This document shows positions 10,638 to 19,396 of a stretch of 64,000 nucleotides of DNA, in pieces (position 1 is the first letter of the stretch; every line of letters starts with the position of its first letter). The stretch spans positions 41,490-105,489 of the forward strand of contig JBAXXP010000002.1 of NCBI GenBank assembly GCA_037127815.1, in the 5' to 3' direction. The notes beneath the pieces are model-generated. The model saw only the letters and a program-made list of their open reading frames with translations. It did not search any database and was not told the origin of the DNA. Made by a program: the position numbers and the translations under genes. The DNA is from a bacterium (GTDB taxonomy: Bacteria; Patescibacteriota; Minisyncoccia; Phycocordibacterales; CAIZLB01).

Positions 10638-11156
10638 ATGAAATTAATAATCTTACCAGGAAACAGCAAATCAAATAGAGAATGGGCGGACAAAGCAGCG
10701 TTGGCATTTTCTAATGAATTCGAAGATATTTACAGACAATATTATTCACATTGGGAGGGCGATGACGCTGATATAAATTTTGAAATAGAACTTGATAAAC
10801 TTGTAGATAATCTGGGTTCTGATGACTATATAATTTTTGCCAAATCTGTTGGAATAATAGTAACACTTTATGGAATCTTCAGAGGTAAAATAAAACCTAA
10901 GAAATGTGTGTTTGTAGGATTTCCAATCAACATGGCATTAAAAGAAGGTTTTAATGTCACTAGTTGGTTGAGAGAATTTAAAATTCCAACAGTACTTATT
11001 CAAAACTCTAATGACCCCATCACTTCTTTTGATGATTTAAAGAACTATCTGGAGCCACTTAATAAAACCAATATTGAACTTATAGAGTTGGAAGGTGACA
11101 ACCATAAATATGATGATTTTGAGCTAATCAAGTCCAAGACATTGACTTTTCTATAA
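10638..11156 (+). CDS. Small alpha/beta-hydrolase-like protein (YdeN/RBBP9-like serine hydrolase?)
   Basis: 172 aa, FAKSVG (GxSxG-like nucleophile elbow) and conserved D/H candidates further on. The family call is tentative. Confidence 0.4.
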   Translation: MKLIILPGNSKSNREWADKAALAFSNEFEDIYRQYYSHWEGDDADINFEIELDKLVDNLGSDDYIIFAKSVGIIVTLYGIFRGKIKPKKCVFVGFPINMALKEGFNVTSWLREFKIPTVLIQNSNDPITSFDDLKNYLEPLNKTNIELIELEGDNHKYDDFELIKSKTLTFL

Positions 11157-11261
11157 AAATGTAGTATAAATACTGTGTTCCTGCTTTTCGTTTGGGCGAA
11201 TGGCATATTAGGAATTTGATCTTTAAAACAACAAAGCCCTAAGGGGCATGGAAAGGTTAGC

Positions 11262-11963
11262 TTGAAAATTGTACTAATTCCCGGACTTTTCAGTTCATTC
11301 TTTATGATGGAAAAATTGAAAGATCGGCTGAAAGGACTTTATCCCACAGCAAATATCGATTCAATTTCTTCGTCTTGGTTTACAAACGTAAGCAACGCAA
11401 AGGAAGAACTTGGAAAGCACATCTCTGACAACTATAGCCCTGATGAAGACTTGGTCATTATCGGGCATTCATTCGGTGGACAGCTTGCTACACACTTCAT
11501 CGATGATTCAAGGGTTAAGGCCGTGGTCACAATTGGTGCCCCCAGTCATAATCCAATGGATTATCCGTTTCGCGTGTGGCCCATCCAAAATCTCTACTTC
11601 TTTCAATCCCTGTTCAACTTCAGGTTCCGCCTGAAGGAAAAACATAGAGCGAAGTTATTTGGAGGAGTCCTGCCGGACTACGTCGAAGCACTGAGTTACG
11701 GATGGCTTGCGTTGCAAGTCTGCATGGGTGCCGTACTCGGTAACTTTGCCCCAAAGGTTAAGTCCGTAGGCAAACTGCTTGCATTTTATTGTGATGGAGA
11801 CCCAACTATTTTGCCGAAAGTTGTCAAGAAATTGGCACGTCGGTATCATGGAAGGGAGATTGGTATTTCATGCCCTCATCACTATCCAATTCTCGAGGAC
11901 AACAAGCTTGATTTGATCGTAAGTGAGACTCAAGCATACCTCACAGAACTCAAGGTTCGTTAA
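11262..11963 (+). CDS. Alpha/beta hydrolase (lipase/esterase-like, GHSFGG)
   Basis: TTG start with a GGAAAGG RBS, and the IIGHSFGG nucleophile elbow. Noticeably GC-richer than its neighbours. Confidence 0.55.
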   Translation: MKIVLIPGLFSSFFMMEKLKDRLKGLYPTANIDSISSSWFTNVSNAKEELGKHISDNYSPDEDLVIIGHSFGGQLATHFIDDSRVKAVVTIGAPSHNPMDYPFRVWPIQNLYFFQSLFNFRFRLKEKHRAKLFGGVLPDYVEALSYGWLALQVCMGAVLGNFAPKVKSVGKLLAFYCDGDPTILPKVVKKLARRYHGREIGISCPHHYPILEDNKLDLIVSETQAYLTELKVR

Positions 11964-12003
11964 TGCCTTCAACTATCCTGCAAGATAGACAAATTAGCAA
12001 CTG

Positions 12004-12030
12004 GCGCCCCCGAAAGGGGGGCGCTTTTTC
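12004..12030 (+). terminator. GC-clamp intrinsic terminator
   Basis: GCGCCCCC-gaaag-GGGGGCGC then TTTTTC. Confidence 0.6.
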
Positions 12031-12150
12031 ATTCCTATAAAATATGCATTAAATACTTGATTATTTATCAAAAATATGATGAAATATGACGCAGAGGTTG
12101 TTTTAAATAATCAGACCTCATTCAAAACAAACAAGTAGAATAATCAAATC

Positions 12151-12549
12151 GTGAAAAGAGAATACGGAGTAAGGGAAGGGCAAGTGAGACCGGCCCTAAT
12201 TGGTCCAATTGCTGAATTGCAAGCGAGGGCTTCAAAACCCGAGCCAAAGAAGGTACGCCGACATGGAGTTGGTGATCCTGATATCGGAGAATTGAAGATT
12301 GTTCGGATTAGCCAAGATTCGGCGAGAAAGTGTCAATTTTGCAATCGCAAGTTGGCAAACTGGAAAGTGCTGCTGTGGCGCAATCAGCAGGACCTGATGC
12401 AGTTTTGTTTTTGTGAATCTGATAGTGCTTGCGAGACTTCTGCTCGCAACACTGCCATGTTTCGTCCGCTTGGCAACCTGCGTTCTGTTCAGACACTCAA
12501 ACAACCTCAGCCAATGTCTCACGACAGACCTTGGCTGCTGAAGGACTGA
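12151..12549 (+). CDS. Hypothetical Cys-containing protein (GTG start) in a GC-rich insert
   Basis: 132-aa ORF with near-even GC, followed by a perfect GC-clamp terminator. No domain recognised, and coding status is uncertain. Confidence 0.25.
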   Translation: MKREYGVREGQVRPALIGPIAELQARASKPEPKKVRRHGVGDPDIGELKIVRISQDSARKCQFCNRKLANWKVLLWRNQQDLMQFCFCESDSACETSARNTAMFRPLGNLRSVQTLKQPQPMSHDRPWLLKD

Positions 12550-12564
12550 GTTTCAATTCATTTA

Positions 12565-12598
12565 GTGCCCCCGCGTTCCGCGGGGGCACTTTTTCTTT
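12565..12598 (+). terminator. GC-clamp intrinsic terminator
   Basis: GTGCCCCCGCG-ttc-CGCGGGGGCAC (11-bp perfect arms) followed by TTTTTCTTT. Confidence 0.65.
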
Positions 12599-12686
12599 AT
12601 GAATGAATAAATTACCCCAACCAGCTTCAATTGCTCCAAACCTATATTTATACTATTATAATCACATGACAAACGAGACTAAAAAA

Positions 12687-14156
12687 ATGGAAGGTGGTTC
12701 CAATAAGGCTGATACAAACAAGTCTAAAGCAAGCAATATTATCACCCCAAGATCAGAGGATTATTCTGCATGGTATTTGGATGTTATTGCAGCTGCGGAC
12801 ATGGCAGAATATAGTCCAGTAAAAGGATGTATGATTATCAAGCCAACAGGATATGCCATATGGGAAAACATGCAAAAATACCTAGACTCTAGGTTCAAAG
12901 AAACAGGGGTAGAAAATGCATACTTTCCACTATTTATTCCTGAACGTTTTTTAAATAAGGAAAAAGATCACGTAGAAGGCTTTGCACCTGAGGTTGCAAT
13001 GGTCACACATGCCGGAGGAAAGAAGTTAGATGAGCCATTGGTTATCAGACCAACATCGGAAACAATTATTTATGATACTTTTTCACGATGGATACAATCG
13101 TACAGAGACCTACCTCTACTTATCAATCAATGGGCAAACGTTGTGAGATGGGAAATGAGACCTCGTCTATTCCTTAGAACTGTAGAATTCCTATGGCAAG
13201 AAGGTCACACTGTACATGAGACTGAAAAAGAGGCTGATGACAAGGCAAGAGAAATGCTTGAAGTTTACAGAGAATTTGCTGAGAACATTTTAGCAATCCC
13301 AGTAATTCTTGGAACAAAATCTGAATCAGAAAAATTTGCTGGTGCATTTAAAACATATTGTGTTGAAGCAATTATGCAGGATGGAAAAGCATTGCAATTT
13401 GGAACATCGCATCACCTTGGCCAAAACTTTGCTAAAGCCTTTGATGTTAAATTCCTAGGCCGCGATAATACTGAGCAATTTGGTTGGCAAACAAGTTGGG
13501 GAGTAAGCACAAGAATGATTGGTGGACTTATAATGACTCATGCAGATGATAAAGGGTTGGTTCTGCCTCCAAAAATCGCCCCTAATCAAGTTGTAATTAC
13601 AACAATTATAAATAACGATGAAGACAGGGAAGCTATCATTGCTAAAGCTGAAGAAGTTTCATCATGGCTAAAAGAAGGAGGTATAAGAGTTAAAATTGAC
13701 ACAAGAGATATTAGACCAGGTGAGAAATTTTACGAATGGGAGAGAAAGGGTGTTCCTGTTAGAATTGAACTTGGTAAAAAAGATCTTGCAAATGATACGC
13801 TATTTATTGCAAGAAGAGATACTGGAGAGAAGGTTTCAATTACTACTGATGATGTTGTAATCACTGTTTCAAACCTACTTGAAGAAATTCAAAATAATCT
13901 ATTTGCAAAAGCTGGTGATTATAGAAAAGAAAAAGAAAGAACAGTTGATACATGGGAAGATTTTGTTAAAGAAATTGAAGCTGGTAATTTTGTTCTTGCG
14001 CACTGGTCAGGTGATGCTGACGTCGAAGCACAAATTAAAGAAGAAACAGCTGCAACAATTAGATGTATTGCGTTTGATCAAGTACAAGATGACGGAGTTT
14101 GTATAAAGTCTGGTAAGCCATCTAAAGGTAGGGTTATCTTTGCAAAGTCGTACTAA
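12687..14156 (+). CDS. proS: Prolyl-tRNA synthetase (archaeal/eukaryotic-type class II, no editing insertion)
   Basis: [66 protein letters not shown] and [10 protein letters not shown]. The start is chosen downstream of the terminator and a TATAAT at ~12655; the ORF-track start at 12603 overlaps the terminator T-run. Confidence 0.85.
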   Translation: MEGGSNKADTNKSKASNIITPRSEDYSAWYLDVIAAADMAEYSPVKGCMIIKPTGYAIWENMQKYLDSRFKETGVENAYFPLFIPERFLNKEKDHVEGFAPEVAMVTHAGGKKLDEPLVIRPTSETIIYDTFSRWIQSYRDLPLLINQWANVVRWEMRPRLFLRTVEFLWQEGHTVHETEKEADDKAREMLEVYREFAENILAIPVILGTKSESEKFAGAFKTYCVEAIMQDGKALQFGTSHHLGQNFAKAFDVKFLGRDNTEQFGWQTSWGVSTRMIGGLIMTHADDKGLVLPPKIAPNQVVITTIINNDEDREAIIAKAEEVSSWLKEGGIRVKIDTRDIRPGEKFYEWERKGVPVRIELGKKDLANDTLFIARRDTGEKVSITTDDVVITVSNLLEEIQNNLFAKAGDYRKEKERTVDTWEDFVKEIEAGNFVLAHWSGDADVEAQIKEETAATIRCIAFDQVQDDGVCIKSGKPSKGRVIFAKSY

Positions 14157-14168
14157 TTCAAATTATTA

Positions 14169-14734
14169 ATGACTGATACAACAAAAATAATCTTTCTACG
14201 TCACGCTGATACAGAGAAAGATCCAAATTTGAATGCCTCACAATGGGGTTTATCTGACAAAGGTAAGTCTTAGTCATTATTACTTTTGGATAATCTAGAA
14301 ATAAATAGCGCTGATTTAATATATGTCTACCAAGAACGAAAAACATACCTTACGATTGAACCAATTATAGTAAACTTTAAAAAAAAATTGAGGAATCATC
14401 TTATTTTAATGAAGTGAAAAGAGGAGATATTTTTTTGTCAAAAGAACAATTTGATGAAGAAAAGAAGAGACAATTAACAGACTTGACTTATCATGCATTT
14501 AACAGGGAGTCTTGCGAAGAAGCCTTGAGTAGGTTTAAAGATGGTGTATCAAATATAGTTAAGGATAATGAAGGAAAAATTATTTTAGTTGTCACACATG
14601 GTACTATATTAAATTTATTCTTTGCGTCCTTACTAAATATTGGTATCGATGGGTTAAATGAACTTTGGAAAAAAACAGATTTTTGTGCGTATGGAATTGT
14701 AGAAGGGAATACCGTGAAAAAAGATATTATCTAA
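14169..14734 (+). pseudogene. Histidine phosphatase (phosphoglycerate-mutase family) gene disrupted by an in-frame TAG and a frameshift
   Basis: Frame 0 gives MTDTTKIIFLRHADTEKDPNLNASQWGLSDKGKS-TAG-SLLLLDNLEINSADLIYVYQERKTYLTIEPII... (RHA catalytic motif). The TAG sits where this family has a Gln (GKEQA), consistent with CAG to TAG. Frame 0 then stops at 14415 and the C-terminal half (VVTHG motif) continues in another frame from 14414, the shift mapping to an A9 run at 14379-14387. Confidence 0.5.
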
Positions 14735-14779
14735 TAATTAACGTCCTATCATTATGGCGATATTGATTATAGCAACCTA

Positions 14780-15187
14780 TTGTATTATAATATGAACATT
14801 ATGAAGGAAAAACTAGATAAAAAAATTAAAGAGTTTCTAAACGCCCTTGATCGTTTTGATGAAGTTCTGGAGCCTAAAAACGCCATTGAAAGAGATGCTT
14901 TGATTAAAAGATTTGAGTTTACCTTTGACACAGGATGGAAGTCGCTCAAAAATTTTCTTGAAGTAGAATATTCACAACAAGAAATTCAATCCCCAATACA
15001 AGCCTTTAAGGCTGCGTTCCTAGTTTCAGTATTCAATGAAGATGATGTACAAAAATGGACTAAAATGAGAGACACTCGTAATCAGACGGCACATGAATAT
15101 GAAGTGCAGATTGCAGAAGAAGTGGCTGTATTGGCTAAATCTATGTCAGAAACTTTTCATAATTTATCAAAATTATTTATTAAATAA
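14780..15187 (+). CDS. HEPN-domain protein (HI0074 / nucleotidyltransferase-substrate-binding family), putative toxin
   Basis: Rx4HxY motif (RNQTAHEYE) near the C-terminus in an all-helical ~135-aa protein. Its stop overlaps the MNT start (TAATG). Confidence 0.55.
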   Translation: MYYNMNIMKEKLDKKIKEFLNALDRFDEVLEPKNAIERDALIKRFEFTFDTGWKSLKNFLEVEYSQQEIQSPIQAFKAAFLVSVFNEDDVQKWTKMRDTRNQTAHEYEVQIAEEVAVLAKSMSETFHNLSKLFIK

Positions 15188-15492
15188 TGAAATTAGCAGA
15201 ACAAGATAGAAAAATGATAAAGGCAGGAATTCTAGATATTTTGAAGTCTTATATTAGGTTATCTGAGTATAAAGTATTTTTCTTTGGCTCTCGAGTGAAT
15301 GGTACAGCGGGAGAGCGTTCAGACATAGATGTTGGAATAATTGGAGAAAAAATAGATATATCTAAACTATTAGAGATACAAGAAAAACTTAAAGATTTAA
15401 AAACTCCTTACACTGTAAACTTAATAGACTTTTCAAATGTCAGTGATAGTTTTAAAGAGACTGCAATGAAGAATGTTGAATATTTTGGTTAA
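15187..15492 (+). CDS. Minimal nucleotidyltransferase (MNT, Pol-beta superfamily), putative antitoxin
   Basis: FGSRVNGTAGERSDIDVGI (GS...DxD NTase motif), ~100 aa. Confidence 0.7.
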   Translation: MKLAEQDRKMIKAGILDILKSYIRLSEYKVFFFGSRVNGTAGERSDIDVGIIGEKIDISKLLEIQEKLKDLKTPYTVNLIDFSNVSDSFKETAMKNVEYFG

Positions 15493-15614
15493 AAAATAAT
15501 CGTATACAATCATATATAATCGTATATACACTAAACATACGATTCAATAACACAAAGTAGTCATGATTATCACCTGATCTACTAAAATTATCAACGTGCA
15601 AATCAACACAAAAA

Positions 15615-17237
15615 ATGAGCCTTATAAAAGCTGAAAAAATTAATAAGAGCTACGGTCTAATTGATGTCCTTTCTGATATCTCATTTTCTATTGATAAGGG
15701 TCAGAAAGTGGCACTGGTTGGAAATAACGGAACTGGTAAAACAACTCTGCTTAAAATAATAGCAGGTATTGAAGAGTATGATTCTGGGTCTTTAAATATT
15801 CTCAAAAATACCAGAGTTGGATATTTGCCACAAGACACAAGTTTTGTTGAAGATGAATCTGTAGAGACTTATCTAAAAAGAACAGCTACAAATGATGACA
15901 ACGTACCTGATTATGACTTTGCTCATAAAATGAAGTTAATACTTTCAGGATTTGGACTTAATAATATTGATCTACAACACAATGTTTCAAAATTAAGTAG
16001 TGGTCAGAAAAGTAAAATAATTCTTGCTGGAATATTACTAAAGGGAGTAGATTTGTTACTTCTCGATGAACCCACAAATAATCTAGACCTACCAGCGCTT
16101 ATTTGGCTTGAAAATTATATTAAGGAAACAGAAACCGCTTGTATTTTAATTTCTCACGATAGAAGATTTCTCGATAAAGTAGTCAATAAAATTTTTGAGA
16201 TAGATTGGCTAACTCACAATTTAAATATTACAAATGGAACATATAGTGATTATTTAGAAACTTTGAAGAAGAGATTACATCGTCAAAAAGAGGAATATTC
16301 CAATCAGCAAGAAGAAATAGATAGACTATCTAAACGTGCTCATGAAATGAAAATGGAATCAGCAAGGGGGTCAAAGTGGGTTGGGTCTGATAATGATAAG
16401 TATGTTCAAGGGTACAATAGAGATATGGCTGGCAAAGCGGGACGTAAAGGAAAGGTTATCGATAAAAGGGTTGACCAGATAGATAAAATTGAAAAACCAA
16501 TAGAAAGAAGCTCATTTGAAATATCTCTTAATGCAGAGAAGAATCCTGGTACGATGGATATTAGACTACTGGACGTTATCGCTGGATATTCAAATAGTAA
16601 AAATTTGAGCGATTTAGGTTTGAATGTAAACGTTGATGTAGATGGTAATAATGCAAATTTCAAAATCGGACCTATTTCCTTTGAACTAAATTATGGCCAA
16701 AGGGTTGCAATTATGGGTTTAAATGGAACAGGAAAGTCTACATTACTAAAAACAATTACGGGGCAACTTAAACCACTGGAAGGAAAAGTGGAATTTGGAT
16801 CTGGCCTAAAAATTGGAAACATGATGCAGGAGCACGAAACTCTTCCAAAAGATAAAACTCTTCTAGAATTTCTGACAGAGAGAGCCTACACAGATGAACA
16901 GGATTCATATGTACAGCTTGCCAAGTTTGGTTTTAATGAAAAACAGATGAGAAAACCAATTAATGCGCTGAGTCCTGGTGGACGAGCAAGATTACTTCTA
17001 TCACTTTTTTCTGCACAGTCAGTAAACCTGTTGGTATTAGACGAGCCAACTAACCACCTTGATATTGAGGCTGTTGAGGCATTAGAAGAAACACTTAAAA
17101 CCTACAAAGGTTCAGTTTTAATAGTATCTCACGATAGATATTTTCTGGAACAAGCAGCGCTTGATACTACATATCTTTTGTCAGATGGAAAACTGACAAG
17201 AATTCCAGATTATAAAAGTTATGTGGAGAATCTGTAG
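15615..17237 (+). CDS. ABC-F family ATPase (tandem NBDs, no TMD)
   Basis: Two full ATP-binding cassettes (GNNGTGKTT / LSSGQKSKI / LLLDEPTNNLD and GLNGTGKST / LSPGGRARL / LVLDEPTNHLD) joined by a charged linker. Confidence 0.85.
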   Translation: MSLIKAEKINKSYGLIDVLSDISFSIDKGQKVALVGNNGTGKTTLLKIIAGIEEYDSGSLNILKNTRVGYLPQDTSFVEDESVETYLKRTATNDDNVPDYDFAHKMKLILSGFGLNNIDLQHNVSKLSSGQKSKIILAGILLKGVDLLLLDEPTNNLDLPALIWLENYIKETETACILISHDRRFLDKVVNKIFEIDWLTHNLNITNGTYSDYLETLKKRLHRQKEEYSNQQEEIDRLSKRAHEMKMESARGSKWVGSDNDKYVQGYNRDMAGKAGRKGKVIDKRVDQIDKIEKPIERSSFEISLNAEKNPGTMDIRLLDVIAGYSNSKNLSDLGLNVNVDVDGNNANFKIGPISFELNYGQRVAIMGLNGTGKSTLLKTITGQLKPLEGKVEFGSGLKIGNMMQEHETLPKDKTLLEFLTERAYTDEQDSYVQLAKFGFNEKQMRKPINALSPGGRARLLLSLFSAQSVNLLVLDEPTNHLDIEAVEALEETLKTYKGSVLIVSHDRYFLEQAALDTTYLLSDGKLTRIPDYKSYVENL

Positions 17238-17260
17238 AATATGATAAGATAAGCTACAAC

Positions 17261-18541
17261 ATGAAAACAACAGAATACACACTCGATAATGGACTTCGTG
17301 TAATACACCAAGAAAAAGAAGGTTCTAAAATGGTAGATGTTAAAATAATTCTGGGTGCGGGTAATTTTTATAATAACTATTATGGATACAAGCCAGGTGT
17401 AGCGCATTTTCTTGAACATGTTGTTCATGAAAAAACAGAGAAGTATCAAAATAAAAAGGACTTAACATCAATTCTGACTGATTACGGGGGAGTTAGAAAT
17501 GCAGCAACAAGCTCAATAGAGAGAATGTCATTTTACGCCACAGTGTTAGAGGAATTTGCAGAGAGCGCCTGCGATTATATATCACAGGTAGTATTTCATT
17601 CAAAATTTGACCAGGTGGCAGTTGATAAGCATAGGAAAATTATTACGGAAGAATTATTAGCATCTTTCAAAAAATCTGGAACAAAAGTCTCTAATTTATT
17701 TAATGAGTTAGCACTCGCTGAAACGGATTTTAAATTTCACACTTTAGGAACGGAAGAATCGCTCAAGGAAATCACTCTAGAGGATTTACAAAGATTTTAT
17801 AATGAGAGATTTGTAGCGCAAAACTGCATACTATCTATAAGTGGCGATATTACTATTGAAAAATGTAAGGAGTTGTCCAATAAATACTTTATTAATATAA
17901 GAGAAAGCACAGCTCTAAATTCTCTAACCCATATTGAAAATTTGGATACAAAAAAAATACCTCCAATAACTCTAAAAAAACAGGGTTATGTATCAGTACC
18001 TGAAAAACAAGCTGTTGTTAGTTTTGGAACTATTACCAAAGGACGGGATGATCCTAGATATTTTGCTTTAAAGATATTGCTAGATTTTTTAACAAATTCA
18101 TCTAATTCAATTTTAAACATAAGATTACGAGAAGAAAATAGCTTACTGTATAATATATCCAGTATTTTTTACACAAATCAACTATTTGGTTATGTATATT
18201 TTAGTTTAAATGTCCAGCCTTCAAACATACAACAATGCCTGGATATTATTAAGCATGAGATAAAGGAGGTTTCTGATGGTAAAATAACTGATATTGAATT
18301 GAGTCAGACAAAAAAGAAGTCAGAAGCTTCAGAAATATTTTACAATCAGTCCATTCAAGATGAATCATTTGCATATGCAAATCTTAGATTATTATTTACT
18401 AATGTTACGAATCAAAATGAATTTTTACAAAAAATCTTAGCCGTCACAAAAGAAGAGGTAATAGAAGCTGCAAAATGGCTATCACAGAATCTAAACATCC
18501 TTGCTGTTTGTTCTAATGAGGAGCAAAAATATGATTTCTAG
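17261..18541 (+). CDS. M16-family (pitrilysin/insulinase-like) zinc peptidase
   Basis: Inverted zincin motif HFLEH (HxxEH) near the N-terminus, at ~430 aa. Confidence 0.7.
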   Translation: MKTTEYTLDNGLRVIHQEKEGSKMVDVKIILGAGNFYNNYYGYKPGVAHFLEHVVHEKTEKYQNKKDLTSILTDYGGVRNAATSSIERMSFYATVLEEFAESACDYISQVVFHSKFDQVAVDKHRKIITEELLASFKKSGTKVSNLFNELALAETDFKFHTLGTEESLKEITLEDLQRFYNERFVAQNCILSISGDITIEKCKELSNKYFINIRESTALNSLTHIENLDTKKIPPITLKKQGYVSVPEKQAVVSFGTITKGRDDPRYFALKILLDFLTNSSNSILNIRLREENSLLYNISSIFYTNQLFGYVYFSLNVQPSNIQQCLDIIKHEIKEVSDGKITDIELSQTKKKSEASEIFYNQSIQDESFAYANLRLLFTNVTNQNEFLQKILAVTKEEVIEAAKWLSQNLNILAVCSNEEQKYDF

Positions 18542-18672
18542 CACTATTTTAGCCAAACTTGCGCCTTTTAATAATGTGTGTTAATATTTAATCATTGTGG
18601 ATAAAGATAGTTTAAAACAATTAAATCAGCCAATAAAACAGCCGTTCACGGACAATTTAATTATTTAAAATT

Positions 18673-18700
18673 TGCGACAATTATATGTCGCATTTTTTAT
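18673..18700 (+). terminator. Intrinsic terminator after the M16 peptidase
   Basis: TGCGACA-attata-TGTCGCA followed by TTTTTTATT. Confidence 0.55.
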
Positions 18701-18737
18701 TGCCACAAATACATCATACAATACAAAATATAGAAAA

Positions 18738-19358
18738 ATGAACACTTTTTCAAAAATTACACAATTCATCGCTTGGTTTATAATCATAGGGCTTACAAAG
18801 CCATTTTTCAAAATTGAAATAAAAAACAAACATAATTTAATTGGAGTCAGGCCACCAGCAATTTTAATATCAAATCACATTAGATTCTATGATAGCTTCT
18901 TATACAGAATAGCAGTTGGTCTTTTTTCACCACTTGCACCAATAAGATTTATGGGGGTTAAGAAATTTCATAACCCAATAATGAATTTTATGTATACCGT
19001 AGGTCTTATTCCACTCATATATGCGCTTATGGGAGTTGTTGTTGTTGTAACAGGACAAGGTACAAGTAAAAACCTAGAAGGTGCCAAAAAAGCATTAAAA
19101 GGTGGAGCTGTAATTGCAATGTTTCCAGAAGGTAGAATGTATTACGATGATACCGTTGGTCCATTTAAATGGGGTGCAGCAATTTTAGCTGAAGAAGCTG
19201 ATGTTCCACTAATGCCATTTGCAATTAGAAAGCATGGTAAAAGAGTAATAATCAATGTAGGTAAACCTTTTAATATCGATAAGACAAAGGGCCCAACTGA
19301 GAACACAGAGCTTATGAGAGATGTGGTTGTTGATTTGTTTAATGCAATTAAATTTTAA
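18738..19358 (+). CDS. plsC: 1-acyl-sn-glycerol-3-phosphate acyltransferase (PlsC family)
   Basis: NHIRFYD (HxxxxD) and FPEGRMY (FPEG) motifs. Start placed after the upstream terminator. Confidence 0.7.
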   Translation: MNTFSKITQFIAWFIIIGLTKPFFKIEIKNKHNLIGVRPPAILISNHIRFYDSFLYRIAVGLFSPLAPIRFMGVKKFHNPIMNFMYTVGLIPLIYALMGVVVVVTGQGTSKNLEGAKKALKGGAVIAMFPEGRMYYDDTVGPFKWGAAILAEEADVPLMPFAIRKHGKRVIINVGKPFNIDKTKGPTENTELMRDVVVDLFNAIKF

Positions 19359-19396
19359 GATATCAGCATTTTAGTTTATAATAGAAAATACCAAAT

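Noticed and set aside
12232-12522. Minus-strand ORFs (96 and 62 aa) antisense to the GC-rich ORF 12151..12549.
   Set aside because: GC-rich DNA produces open frames on both strands. The plus-strand frame is longer and ends at a terminator, and none of the three is convincing.
14158-14346. Minus-strand 62-aa ORF.
   Set aside because: It overlaps the N-terminal remnant of the histidine-phosphatase pseudogene, which has recognisable homology on the plus strand.
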